From: Candidatus Omnitrophota bacterium
GTDB lineage: Bacteria > Omnitrophota > Gorgyraeia > Zapsychrales > JANLHA01
Direction: 5' to 3'
DNA: 64,000 nucleotides
NCBI GenBank assembly: GCA_023247795.1
Contig: JAHFFT010000003.1
Span: forward strand, 12,769 to 76,768
Shown: positions 1 to 9,460 of the stretch, piece by piece
Numbering within the stretch: position 1 is the stretch's first letter
How the letters are laid out: every line of letters begins with the position of its first letter
Translations under genes and position numbers: made by a program
The notes under the pieces: model-generated
Told to the model about the DNA's origin: nothing
Seen by the model: only the letters and a program-made list of their open reading frames with translations
Databases searched by the model: none

Positions 1-318
1 AGCAAGCCAGTGGTCTTGGTGGGCAAGACCAATGTCATGGAGCTGGCGGTCCTGATTAAAAAGTGCCGGGTTTTCATTACCCCGGATTCCGCGCCGATGC
101 ACATTGCCGCGGCGATGAAAACCCCTTTCATTGCCTTTTTTGGGCCAACCAGTTCGGTCCGACATCTTCCACCGGCGGATTCCTTTGTTGTCTTGGAACA
201 AAAGCCCCTTTGCGCACCGTGTTACAGCGCCCAATGCAAAATTTTAACTCACGCCTGCATGAAAGAGATCAAGCCAGAAGAGGTCGTCAAGCGGGTTTAT
301 CAATTGATGGAGAGGTAG
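1..318 (+). CDS. ADP-heptose:LPS heptosyltransferase (GT9 family), C-terminal fragment; 5' end lies outside the window
   Basis: ORF 10..318 is open to the window edge. The C-terminal motif ...FITPDSAPMHIAAAMKTPFIAFFGPTS... is the conserved GT9 (RfaF/WaaC/WaaQ) nucleotide-sugar binding end, also seen in the three paralogs downstream. Confidence 0.7.
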   Translation, partial: SKPVVLVGKTNVMELAVLIKKCRVFITPDSAPMHIAAAMKTPFIAFFGPTSSVRHLPPADSFVVLEQKPLCAPCYSAQCKILTHACMKEIKPEEVVKRVYQLMER

Positions 319-319
319 G

Positions 320-1420
320 ATGCGAATTTTATTTTTAACAACACACTTCAACTCCGGAGGGATTACCCGTTACATCCTGACTTTGGGAAAGGGTTTGGTT
401 GATCATGGCCACCAGGTCAGTGTGGTCTCGTGCGGCGGGGATTGTGTGGATCAATGCCGAGACGCCGGAATTGTTCATCACACTTTCAACATCTGCACAA
501 AATCAGAACTGAACCCAAAAATTTATTTGGCCTTAATAAGGTTAGGGCAGTTGATCAAAAAAGAAAAGATCGATGTTATCCATGCCAACACGCGCGTGAC
601 TCAGGTGATGGCCGCTTGTGTCAGTCGGTTGACGCGGGTTCCTTATGTTTCAACCGGACATGGCTATTTTCGGCCGCATTTTTTCCGTCGATCCATTCCT
701 TGCTGGGGCAAACGGGTGATCGCGATCAGCTCGGCGGTCGTTGAGCATTTAGAAAATGATTTTGGTGTTCCCGCCCATCGGATCACGTTGGTCCCGACGG
801 GTGTAGAGTTTGATCGATTCGCGTTGGTGACACAGCAGATGAGAGAGCAGACGCGCCAATTGCTTGGGATCAATAAACGGCAGGTGATCGGAATCATTGC
901 ACGATTATCCGAAGAAAAAGGACATGACACTTTGATCAAAGCCCATCAGAAAATTTTAAAACGGTTTCCCGATGCGTTGCTGATTATCGTTGGTGAAGGG
1001 CGGTGCGAACGACGGTTGAAGCAGCTCGTGCAGGATTTGAATCTGGATGGGGCTGTTCAATTTTACCCGCAGGTTAATCAAACAGCAAAATTTTTGCCCA
1101 TCTTTGACGTTTTTGTTTTGCCATCGATCAAAGAGGGCCTTGGGCTCTCGGCCCTAGAGGCCCAGGCCGCCGGTCTTCCTGTGATTGCCTCGAGAGTGGG
1201 GGGGCTCGTGAATTTGATAGAAGACGGTAAAACCGGTTTGCTGGTCGAGCCGGGCGACGACGCGCTTTTGGCGCAATCTATTTCTTTTTGTTTAGGCAAT
1301 CCGTTAGAGGCAAACGCGATGGGGTTACGGGCCAGAGAATTTGTGCAGAAAAACTTTTCCGTTCAGCAGATGGTGGAGAAGGTCGTGAAGGTTTATGAGG
1401 AAGTGAATGGCAAATTATGA
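320..1420 (+). CDS. GT4-family (GT-B fold) glycosyltransferase, likely LPS core glycosyltransferase
   Basis: 366 aa. N-terminal MRILFLTTHFNSGG and C-terminal EGLGLSALEAQAAGLPVIASRVGG...E..TGLLV are classic GT4/RfaG-type motifs. Embedded among heptosyltransferase genes. Confidence 0.8.
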   Translation: MRILFLTTHFNSGGITRYILTLGKGLVDHGHQVSVVSCGGDCVDQCRDAGIVHHTFNICTKSELNPKIYLALIRLGQLIKKEKIDVIHANTRVTQVMAACVSRLTRVPYVSTGHGYFRPHFFRRSIPCWGKRVIAISSAVVEHLENDFGVPAHRITLVPTGVEFDRFALVTQQMREQTRQLLGINKRQVIGIIARLSEEKGHDTLIKAHQKILKRFPDALLIIVGEGRCERRLKQLVQDLNLDGAVQFYPQVNQTAKFLPIFDVFVLPSIKEGLGLSALEAQAAGLPVIASRVGGLVNLIEDGKTGLLVEPGDDALLAQSISFCLGNPLEANAMGLRAREFVQKNFSVQQMVEKVVKVYEEVNGKL

Positions 1421-2451
1421 AAAAACGATTCCTCGTCGTCAATGTTAATTGGTTGGGAGATGTGGTTTTTTCAACACCGATCTTCCGGGCCATCAAGGAA
1501 CATGATCCGGATTGTCACTTAGCGTGTCTGGCGGTGCCGCGGGTGAAAGAGGTTTTGGAGTGTTGTCCATTTCTTGACGAAGTGATTTTGTATGACGAGC
1601 GGGGAAAAGACCGTGGGTTGTTTCCAAAGCTGCGTTTGATTTGGCAGTTGCGTACGGGAAAGTTTGATGCCGTATTCCTGTTGCATCGTTCTTGGACCAG
1701 GTCGCTGTTGGTTTTTTTGGCCGGAATTCCGCGACGGGTCGGGTACCCAGATAAAGGACGAGGGTGGTTATTAACCGATCGTATCAGCCGCTCTTTGCGG
1801 CCTATGCACCGCAGTGACCAATATCTGAAAATCATTGAGGATTTTGGGATAGCGGTGAGAGATCGTCACTATCAGTTGAATGTGGATGAGACGGCTAAAA
1901 TGGCTGTTCAATCGATCCTGCGTCAGCAGCAGATCACTGATCGGGAGCGTCTCATCGTGATCCATCCCGGTGGCAACTGGGATTTGAAGCGATGGCCGGT
2001 TGCTCATTACCGCGATTTGATCAGTCAGCTGACAGCAGAATCTTACTTTGTGATTTTGACGGGAGCGAAAAAGGAGCAAACTCTGGTAGAGCAAATCGTT
2101 AAAGATTTGCCTCAGTCACCGCTTGTTTTGACCGGAAAGATTTCTTTGAAAGAGACAATTGCGTTAATGCAGCAGGCGAAGCTTGTCATCAGCGGTGACT
2201 CCGGACCTTTGCATTTAGCGTCGGCGGTGGGAACCCGAACGATCGGGATTTTCGGCCCCACTCGTCCGGAACTGACCGGCGCCCGGGGCATGGGGGAGGC
2301 GACCGTTTTACAAAGGGATGTCGGTTGCAACCGCGCTTCCTGTTATTACCTCGACTGCCCGGACAACGTTTGCATGCAGGCCATCAAGCCAGCCGACGTC
2401 TTGATGCAGGTAAGAAAATTTGTGGGCCAGCAAGCACGCAGTAATGTTTGA
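1417..2451 (+). CDS. LPS heptosyltransferase (GT9 family)
   Basis: 344 aa. N-terminal LVVNVNWLGDVVFSTPIFRAIKE and C-terminal GDSGPLHLASAVGTRTIGIFGPT are GT9 signatures. Overlaps the upstream gene by 4 nt (ATGA). Confidence 0.8.
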   Translation: MKKRFLVVNVNWLGDVVFSTPIFRAIKEHDPDCHLACLAVPRVKEVLECCPFLDEVILYDERGKDRGLFPKLRLIWQLRTGKFDAVFLLHRSWTRSLLVFLAGIPRRVGYPDKGRGWLLTDRISRSLRPMHRSDQYLKIIEDFGIAVRDRHYQLNVDETAKMAVQSILRQQQITDRERLIVIHPGGNWDLKRWPVAHYRDLISQLTAESYFVILTGAKKEQTLVEQIVKDLPQSPLVLTGKISLKETIALMQQAKLVISGDSGPLHLASAVGTRTIGIFGPTRPELTGARGMGEATVLQRDVGCNRASCYYLDCPDNVCMQAIKPADVLMQVRKFVGQQARSNV

Positions 2452-2522
2452 ATTTTGATGCTAATGATTTCCGGCGAGAATGAGGTCGTAGAGTTCAATT
2501 CGTCGGAGATGATTTTCAACCC

Positions 2523-3533
2523 GTGGACGTTATGATCAAAGACTCCGCAAAAATTAAAAATATTTTAGTCGTATCGCTCACCAACATCGGCGATGTGGTC
2601 TTGACTTTTCCAGTCATCGATGTTTTAAAGCAGGATTTTCCGCAAGCGAAGTTGTCGGTCATCATCGGGCCGAAGGGGGCGCCGTTGTTGGCTCATAATT
2701 CCATGATTCATAAAATTTATATTTACGATAAAAAAGTTTCGTTCTATAAGACCGTGGCCTGGTTCTTAAATTTGCGCAAAGAAAAATTTGACCTCATCAT
2801 CGATCTGCGCAATACCGCGCTGCCGTTTTTTCTTTTTGCCCATCAACGCACCTCACCATTCCTCAAACGGAATTTTCAGGAACATATGCGTCTGCAGCAC
2901 CTGAAACGGTTAGCATCGATCTATCCATATCAACGAGAAGCGGCTCATCGTTTCGCGCTCAATTTGGATCAGCGGGATAAAAAATACATCCATGATTTGT
3001 TAACCCCGCATTTGGGCCCTGATCCTTTGTATGTTGTTGTCAGCCCGGGCGCGGCCGATGACGCTAAGCGATGGAGTGAAGAAGGTTTTGCCAAGGTTTG
3101 CGAGCAGATCAGCGAACGGTATTTCTTAAAGATTGTTTTGGCGGGAGATGAAAAGGATAGAATTGTTGGTGAAAAAATCGCGGCAAAGATGAAAATTCAG
3201 CCGCTCAATCTCTGCGGCAAAACCAGTTTAGCGCAGCTGGCTTGTTTGTTGCAACGTTCGCAGTGGGCGCTGGTGAATGACAGCGGAATTATGCATCTGG
3301 CCAGTTATTTGGATGTTCCGGTCATCGCTCTTTTTGGCCCGACCGACCCTCATCGCTACGGCCCCTGGAGTTCGCAAAGTCAGGTGATTGAAAAGCGTTC
3401 GAGTTGTGAAGAAAAAAATGTTCCCATCCGCGAATGGATCCACGCCATTGAGCCAAAGGATGTTTTAACGGCTGTTGAGGATCTCATGCGGCAAAAAAAT
3501 TTTGTTAGCAATCATGAAAAAAAACTATTCTAA
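2523..3533 (+). CDS. LPS heptosyltransferase (GT9 family)
   Basis: 336 aa. ILVVSLTNIGDVVLTFPVIDVL ... NDSGIMHLASYLDVPVIALFGPTDP are GT9 motifs. Confidence 0.8.
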   Translation: MDVMIKDSAKIKNILVVSLTNIGDVVLTFPVIDVLKQDFPQAKLSVIIGPKGAPLLAHNSMIHKIYIYDKKVSFYKTVAWFLNLRKEKFDLIIDLRNTALPFFLFAHQRTSPFLKRNFQEHMRLQHLKRLASIYPYQREAAHRFALNLDQRDKKYIHDLLTPHLGPDPLYVVVSPGAADDAKRWSEEGFAKVCEQISERYFLKIVLAGDEKDRIVGEKIAAKMKIQPLNLCGKTSLAQLACLLQRSQWALVNDSGIMHLASYLDVPVIALFGPTDPHRYGPWSSQSQVIEKRSSCEEKNVPIREWIHAIEPKDVLTAVEDLMRQKNFVSNHEKKLF

Positions 3534-4557
3534 CATTTTGGTCGTTCGCACCGACCGCATCGGTGATCTGGTCTTGACCACTCCCGCGATTCAGGCCATT
3601 GCTGAGGCCTTCCCACAAAGCAAACTGACGGTCTTGGTTGCCAAAGACAATCTGGCGCTCGTCCAAGGCAATCCATTTATCGACGAGATTATGCTTGAGG
3701 ATCGCAAAAATGAACATCGGGGCGTTTTTGGGTTTTGGCGGCTGGTTGGTGAAGTCAAAAAAAGAATATTTGACTGCGCCGTGATTTTTCATACCAAGCG
3801 TCGTACGAATTTGTTGTGCTTTTTGGCCGGCATTCCTGAGCGAGTCGGGTATCATTTTTATAAATTGGGATTTTTGCTCACGAAGAAAATTCCGGATACC
3901 AGGCACCAAGGCTTGAAGCACGAAGCGCAATATTGCTTGGATGTCCTTAAAATTTTAGGGGTCGATGCTGATTTGAAAAGGCCGTTTTTGCCTCTTCAAC
4001 CTAAGGCCGAAGAATGGGCTTGCCAGTTTCTCGCCAAAGCAAAAGTTGATCCCGGTAAAAAGATTTTTGCGATTCATCCAGGTGCCAGCTGCCAGACGAG
4101 ACGTTGGCCGCCTCAGCGCTTCCGGGAATTGATTCAGTTGTTGATACCCCGATTTGACTGTCAGTTCTTTTTGATTGGTTCTTCGGAATTCGGGCCGATT
4201 GCGAAGGCGATTCAGTCCCAACTCGATCATCCGATGATTGATCTAATCGGTCAGACCAGTGTCGCTCAATTAGTGAGTCTGCTTAAGCGCTGTGCTCTGT
4301 TAGTTTCGGTCGATTCCGGGCCAGTCCATGTTGCTGACGCGTTGGGAATACCGGTGGTATGCCTTTTTACCCGTAATCAGCCCGGTATCAATCCCGAACG
4401 TTGGCGGCCTTTGGGAGAGAAATCGCGGATCGTTGTCACCCCTTTTACGGGTAAGATGTCCTTTGCCAAGAGTCAGCCAGTGGATTCTCAATACTTAGAG
4501 CTTATTAAGGCCGAACAAGTCTTGCAAGCTGTTGACGCCTTATTTAAACTGTGTTAG
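3514..4557 (+). CDS. LPS heptosyltransferase (GT9 family)
   Basis: The track ORF starts at a TTG at 3475. The ATG at 3514 gives MKKNYSNILVVRTDRIGDLVLTTPAIQAI..., a typical GT9 N-terminus, and overlaps the upstream gene by 20 nt. C-terminal VDSGPVHVADALGIPVVCLF. Confidence 0.75.
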   Translation: MKKNYSNILVVRTDRIGDLVLTTPAIQAIAEAFPQSKLTVLVAKDNLALVQGNPFIDEIMLEDRKNEHRGVFGFWRLVGEVKKRIFDCAVIFHTKRRTNLLCFLAGIPERVGYHFYKLGFLLTKKIPDTRHQGLKHEAQYCLDVLKILGVDADLKRPFLPLQPKAEEWACQFLAKAKVDPGKKIFAIHPGASCQTRRWPPQRFRELIQLLIPRFDCQFFLIGSSEFGPIAKAIQSQLDHPMIDLIGQTSVAQLVSLLKRCALLVSVDSGPVHVADALGIPVVCLFTRNQPGINPERWRPLGEKSRIVVTPFTGKMSFAKSQPVDSQYLELIKAEQVLQAVDALFKLC

Positions 4558-4608
4558 AATTATCAACTTGTGTGCTTTAATTCATAAAATTCATCATTAT
4601 TCCCTAAC

Positions 4609-5634
4609 ATGAATGCTCTCAAGAAGATAGTCTCCAAGTTCAAAGGCAGAAATATTCTGGTTATTGGCGATCTGATTTTAGATCAGTATATCCGCGGCAG
4701 TGTTTCGCGGATCTCTCCTGAGGCGCCGGTTCCGATTGTCCTTCAGGAAGAGGAACCGATTTTTACCCCCGGAGGCGCTTCAAACGTAGCCAAAAATTTG
4801 CAAAGTTTGGGTGCTAAAGTAACGATCATTGGAAAAGTTGGGAAGGATGCCGAGGGGAAAGTCCTCTTGGGCGGATTAAAAAAGCAGGGAATTTCTACCA
4901 GTGAAATTTTCGTCGATCCCCTTTCGCCAACCATTTTAAAGACCCGGATCATTGCCCGCCATCAGCAAGTTTTGCGGATTGACCGCGAAAAAATCCAAGA
5001 AAGCCTGAGCGAGAGTTTGTTAAAAAAAGTTTTGCGGTTTGCAGAAGTCCATATGCGGTCTTTTGACGCTGTGATCCTTTCTGATTATGGAAAAGGAATG
5101 GTGACGCCGCAGATCATTGAAGGGGTTTGTGGCCTGGCAAAAGCTTTGGGCAAGATTGTCACCGTTGATCCTAAAGTAGGGCATTTCGCTTATTATCGTT
5201 CGGTGACCGCCATTACCCCCAATAAGAGCGAAGCGGAAAACGCTATTCGCAATATCAAGGTCACTCAATCGGATGGTGGGAAATTGTTAGTTGATACCGA
5301 CCGGCTGCGCGATATGCACGACGTCAAACAGGCTGGCGAGCAACTATTGAAATTTTTAGATTTGGAATCGGTCTTGATCACCCTCGGAGAAGAGGGGATG
5401 TGTTTGTTCGTCAAAGATCAAAAGCCGGTTCATATTCCGACGAAGGCGCAGGATGTTTTTGATGTGACTGGTGCTGGGGATACGGTCATCGCGGTTTATA
5501 CGATAGGGTTGAGTGCTGGAGCGACCAAACTGCAAGCTGCTGAGTTGGCCAATTACGCCGCCGGGATTGTGGTCGGTAAGATGGGCGCGGTCGCGGTATC
5601 AGCTCAGGAACTGATCGCGAGCCTCAAGGGATGA
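4609..5634 (+). CDS. hldA: D-glycero-beta-D-manno-heptose-7-phosphate kinase (RfaE domain I / HldA type, PfkB carbohydrate kinase). No adenylyltransferase domain II is attached
   Basis: 341 aa. ILVIGDLILDQYIRGSVSRISPEAPVPIV (HldE kinase-domain hallmark), GGASNVA, and the C-terminal DVTGAGDT anion-hole motif of PfkB kinases. Confidence 0.8.
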   Translation: MNALKKIVSKFKGRNILVIGDLILDQYIRGSVSRISPEAPVPIVLQEEEPIFTPGGASNVAKNLQSLGAKVTIIGKVGKDAEGKVLLGGLKKQGISTSEIFVDPLSPTILKTRIIARHQQVLRIDREKIQESLSESLLKKVLRFAEVHMRSFDAVILSDYGKGMVTPQIIEGVCGLAKALGKIVTVDPKVGHFAYYRSVTAITPNKSEAENAIRNIKVTQSDGGKLLVDTDRLRDMHDVKQAGEQLLKFLDLESVLITLGEEGMCLFVKDQKPVHIPTKAQDVFDVTGAGDTVIAVYTIGLSAGATKLQAAELANYAAGIVVGKMGAVAVSAQELIASLKG

Positions 5635-6356
5635 AAACCATTGGTGTCATACCGGCCCGTTGGGGCTCAAAGCGGTTTGAAGGTAAAGTTTTAGCCAAGA
5701 TTCTTGGCAAGCCCATGATCCAGCACGTTTGGGAACGGGCCCGGCAGAGTTCTTTGTTAGAAGAAGTGATCATTGCCTGCGACGATCAGCGCATCCAGGC
5801 GCAGGCCGAGCGATTTTCGGCCCAAGTGGTGATGACCTCGAAAGACCATCCATCGGGGACCGAGCGGATCATTGAGGCGGTTAAGGATATTGAATGTGAG
5901 ATCGTGGTCAACATTCAAGGCGATGAACCGCTGATCCATCCAAAGACCATTGATGCCTTGGTACGGGCTTTGCTCGTCGATAAATCCTGTCTGATGGCAA
6001 CCGCGATTTTTCCACTTAAGGACAAAAAATTGGTTCAAGACCCAAATGTGGTGAAAGTGGTCATTGACCGTTTGGGTTATGCCCTCTATTTTTCTCGGGC
6101 CGTTGTTCCTTTTCCCCGTGATTCTGACCTCGCGGGTCAGAAATATTATAAACATATCGGTCTTTACGCTTATCGCAAATCATTTTTAATGACCTATCAA
6201 AATTTGCCGGCTTCTTCATTAGAATCGACGGAAAAATTAGAACAGCTGCGGGTGCTGGAGGCTGGGTTTCGCATCAAGACCATTGAAACAGCCCACGATT
6301 CTTGTGGCGTTGATACGCCGGAAGATTTAAAATCCATCGAGAAACAGCTGTCGTAA
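5631..6356 (+). CDS. kdsB: 3-deoxy-manno-octulosonate cytidylyltransferase (CMP-Kdo synthetase)
   Basis: 241 aa. N-terminal [33 protein letters not shown] is the KdsB signature. ATGA overlap with hldA. Confidence 0.9.
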   Translation: MKTIGVIPARWGSKRFEGKVLAKILGKPMIQHVWERARQSSLLEEVIIACDDQRIQAQAERFSAQVVMTSKDHPSGTERIIEAVKDIECEIVVNIQGDEPLIHPKTIDALVRALLVDKSCLMATAIFPLKDKKLVQDPNVVKVVIDRLGYALYFSRAVVPFPRDSDLAGQKYYKHIGLYAYRKSFLMTYQNLPASSLESTEKLEQLRVLEAGFRIKTIETAHDSCGVDTPEDLKSIEKQLS

Positions 6357-6387
6357 GGATCGGGGAGAAGTCCTCACAGAAAATGTC

Positions 6388-7212
6388 ATGATGAAAATTG
6401 TCCGTATCGGAAAAGTTAGCATTGGCCATCAGCAGCCACTGGCGTTGATCGCCGGGCCCTGTGTGATTGAGTCGAGGGCGACAACGTTAAAAATCGCCCA
6501 GGAGCTTAAAAAAATCGCTCAGCGTTTGAAAGTCCCTTTGATTTTTAAGGCCAGTTATGATAAAGCCAATCGCACGTCGATCAAATCGTTTCGCGGGCTG
6601 GGTCGCGCTGAAGGGTTGGCGATTTTAGCTGAGGTCAAAAAACTGACTGGATTACCGGTTTTAAGCGACGTGCACACAGTTGAAGAAATTTCAGAGGCAG
6701 CGTCGGTGCTTGATGTCTTGCAGATACCGGCCTTTTTGTGCCGTCAGACTGATTTGATTGTGGCGGCAGCCAAGACGGGTAAGCCAGTCAATATCAAAAA
6801 GGGGCAATTTTTAGCGCCATGGGATATGAAGGCGGTGTTGGATAAAGCAGTGGCTGCAGGCAATCATAATTGTTTGCTTACGGAACGCGGCGTCAGTTTT
6901 GGTTATAACACCTTAGTCAGTGATTTTCGATCTTTGGCAATCATGCGGAATTGGGGTTATCCGGTCGTGTTTGACGCGACCCACAGTGTGCAGCAGCCCG
7001 GTGGGTTAGGGAATGCTTCCGGGGGAGAACGCGAGTTCATTCCCTTATTGAGCCGTTGCGCCGTTGCCGCAGGCTGCGATGCGGTTTTTATGGAAGTCCA
7101 TACCAATCCCGACAAGGCGTTTTCCGACGGGCCGAACATGCTAGCGATCAAACAGGTGGAACCTTTGCTCAAACAATTGATCGCGATCCATCAAACAGTA
7201 AGCGACCATTGA
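6388..7212 (+). CDS. kdsA: 2-dehydro-3-deoxyphosphooctonate aldolase (Kdo8P synthase)
   Basis: 274 aa. [23 protein letters not shown] and FMEVH are KdsA/DAHP-synthase-family motifs. Confidence 0.9.
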   Translation: MMKIVRIGKVSIGHQQPLALIAGPCVIESRATTLKIAQELKKIAQRLKVPLIFKASYDKANRTSIKSFRGLGRAEGLAILAEVKKLTGLPVLSDVHTVEEISEAASVLDVLQIPAFLCRQTDLIVAAAKTGKPVNIKKGQFLAPWDMKAVLDKAVAAGNHNCLLTERGVSFGYNTLVSDFRSLAIMRNWGYPVVFDATHSVQQPGGLGNASGGEREFIPLLSRCAVAAGCDAVFMEVHTNPDKAFSDGPNMLAIKQVEPLLKQLIAIHQTVSDH

Positions 7213-7213
7213 C

Positions 7214-8173
7214 ATGACGATTCAGAAAGCCAAAGAAGTCATTGCCATTGAGGCGCAGGCGATCAAAGATTTGGCCTTGCGGCTTGATAAAAATTTTTTA
7301 AAGGCCATTGACCTGATGGCCCGCTGCCCATCGCGTGTGATCGTGACCGGCATGGGCAAGACCGGAATCATCGGCCGTAAAATTGCCGCAACCTTATCAT
7401 CAACGGGGACCCCGAGCATTTATATGCACAGTGCCGAGGCGGTCCACGGCGATTTGGGACAAGTGACCAAACAGGATGTGCTGATGATCATCTCTTACAG
7501 CGGTGAGACTGAGGAGACGACCCGTCTACTTCCGCTCATTAAAAAAATTGGGGTCAAAACCATTGCCTTGACTGGCAATCCAAAGTCCAGTCTGGCGAAG
7601 TACAGCGACGTGATCATCAATGTGCAAGTCAAGAAAGAAGGATGTCCGTTGGGGTTGGCGCCGATGGCGTCGACGACCGCAACCTTGGTGATGGGTGATG
7701 CCATGGCCGCTTGTTTGATTGAGCGCAAGGGATTTCAAAAAGAAGATTTCGCCTTTTTTCATCCCGGGGGAGCGATCGGCCTGCGATTGTTGTTAAAGGT
7801 TGAAGATATCATGCGCAAGGGCTATCATTACCCGCGTGTTCAATTGAGCGATAAGGTCAAGAAGGTGCTTTTGGCCATCACCAAAACACGTTGTGGTTCG
7901 GCCTGTGTTGTTGACGGTAAGGGTCGATTGGTTGGGATTTTTACCGACGGTGATTTGCGTCGGCATGTCGAGAGTGATCAAGGACTGTTGAATAAAAAGG
8001 TCCAAGAGGTCATGACCAAGACGCCAACGTCGATCTTACAAAGCAAATTGGCGGTCGAGGCTTTTGCTCTTTTAAAAGAAAAAAAGATCGATGAACTTCC
8101 GGTGGTCGACCAAAAGGGGAAGTCGGTGGGGTTGCTTGATATTCAGGATTTGCTGAAAGCGGGATTATTCTAG
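7214..8173 (+). CDS. kdsD: arabinose-5-phosphate isomerase (SIS domain plus tandem CBS domains)
   Basis: 319 aa. SIS-domain core RVIVTGMGKTGIIGRKIAATLSSTGTP followed by CBS pair. Sits between kdsA and kdsC. Confidence 0.85.
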   Translation: MTIQKAKEVIAIEAQAIKDLALRLDKNFLKAIDLMARCPSRVIVTGMGKTGIIGRKIAATLSSTGTPSIYMHSAEAVHGDLGQVTKQDVLMIISYSGETEETTRLLPLIKKIGVKTIALTGNPKSSLAKYSDVIINVQVKKEGCPLGLAPMASTTATLVMGDAMAACLIERKGFQKEDFAFFHPGGAIGLRLLLKVEDIMRKGYHYPRVQLSDKVKKVLLAITKTRCGSACVVDGKGRLVGIFTDGDLRRHVESDQGLLNKKVQEVMTKTPTSILQSKLAVEAFALLKEKKIDELPVVDQKGKSVGLLDIQDLLKAGLF

Positions 8174-8692
8174 ATGACGGACATTGAACGGAAATTGAAA
8201 AAGATAAAAGTTTTAGCGCTGGATGTTGACGGGGTGTTGACCGACGGGAAAATCATTGTTGACAGTGCGGGCAAAGAGATCAAGAATTTTGATGTCAAAG
8301 ATGGGTACGCGATTGTGTTGTTCCGTAAGGCCGGGTATCAAACCGCGATCATTTCGGCCCGTAAGGCAATCCCGGTGACGGCCCGAGCCAAAGATTTGCT
8401 GATTGATAGGGTTTATCAGAATGCTTATCCGAAGATCGATTTTTATCAGAAGCTGTTGAAGGATTTGCGCGTGAAAGATGACGAAGTTTGTTTTGTCGGC
8501 GACGATCTGCCGGATTTGCAAGTGATCAAGCAGGCGGGTTTGGGGGTTGCGGTGAATGACGCGGTATTGGAAGTCAAACGCGCGGCTGATTATGTGACGA
8601 GGAAAAAGGGTGGGCGAGGCGCGGTGAGGGAAGTGATTGAACTGATCTTAAAAGCGCAGGGCAAGTGGGAACACATAGTGAAGAGTGCGTAG
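8174..8692 (+). CDS. kdsC: Kdo-8-phosphate phosphatase (HAD superfamily)
   Basis: 172 aa. LALDVDGVLTDGKII (HAD motif I) ... FVGDDLPDL. Start codon abuts the kdsD stop. Confidence 0.9.
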   Translation: MTDIERKLKKIKVLALDVDGVLTDGKIIVDSAGKEIKNFDVKDGYAIVLFRKAGYQTAIISARKAIPVTARAKDLLIDRVYQNAYPKIDFYQKLLKDLRVKDDEVCFVGDDLPDLQVIKQAGLGVAVNDAVLEVKRAADYVTRKKGGRGAVREVIELILKAQGKWEHIVKSA

Positions 8693-8798
8693 TGAAGAAG
8701 GAATGGAGATGTTGGTTTTGTCTCCGCAATGTCGTACAGAAGTTATTGATAAGCATTTCCGGCGATGAGAATTTTATGACCTGATTCGCCATCGTTTG

Positions 8799-8863
8799 TC
8801 GAGGCACAACTCATTCGTGTCAAGGAGCCTTCGGCTCCAATTCCACTCATGAGCTGTGCCTCG
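8799..8863 (+). ncRNA. structured stem-loop element: 16-bp stem with one G-U pair, enclosing an inner GGAGCC-UUCG-GGCUCC tetraloop hairpin. Function unknown (possible small RNA, terminator-like or REP-like element)
   Basis: TCGAGGCACAACTCAT ... ATGAGCTGTGCCTCGA are near-perfect inverted repeats. Inside is ggagccTTCGgctcc (a UUCG tetraloop hairpin). Lies in the 198-nt non-coding gap after kdsC. Confidence 0.35.
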
Positions 8864-8890
8864 ACCGGCACCATTTGGTGAGGCTTTATA

Positions 8891-9407
8891 GTGGAGATTA
8901 AAGCAGTAGTAACAGTTGATGATTATTATAAGTTTCTTGAATTTTGTGGGAAAAGAGTCATGAGCGTTAAGCCGAAATTTTGGAAAAGATTGAAAACCCT
9001 TCTTTTATATCTGTTATCGGGAGGTGTATTAGAAGTGATAATGGCATTTGCCAAAATTCCTATCCATTTACCAAGTGTTTTCTTAGGAGGGTTTATTTTT
9101 ATTTGGACATGGATGTATATGCGAATCAGTAATATAGAGAAAATTTAAGGCCAGTTTATCTGTCGATAGCAGTGGAATCATGCTTGGTGAGAAAGTTGTG
9201 AAAATATCACCAGAATCGATCGAGGTGTCGACTCATGGTCACCAATCGATTACAGAATGGAGAGTTGTTAAATCCATTGAAGAGACCTCAGCATATTTTT
9301 TTGTTTTTATTGATAACCTTTTAGCTTACATTATTCCGAAAAATTCATTTAAGGATAAAGACGGATTGGAACAATTTAAAAATTTGATGTTTGAACTTGA
9401 TTTATAA
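8891..9407 (+). pseudogene. YcxB-like (bPH-fold, two-TM) protein gene split into two ORFs (8891..9148 and 9180..9407) by a frame change. Candidate pseudogene, or a sequencing or programmed frameshift
   Basis: ORF1 (85 aa) has the YcxB-type N-terminus (..DDYYKFLEF..) and two hydrophobic helices. ORF2 (75 aa, different frame) has the YcxB-like C-terminal motif ..AYFFVFIDNLLAYIIPKNSFKDKDGLEQFKNLM... The region is markedly AT-rich relative to its flanks. Confidence 0.4.
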
Positions 9408-9460
9408 AAAGTGAGATTCCTCTCCCTTGATGGGAGAGGTTAGGTGAGGGTGGTGGAATC

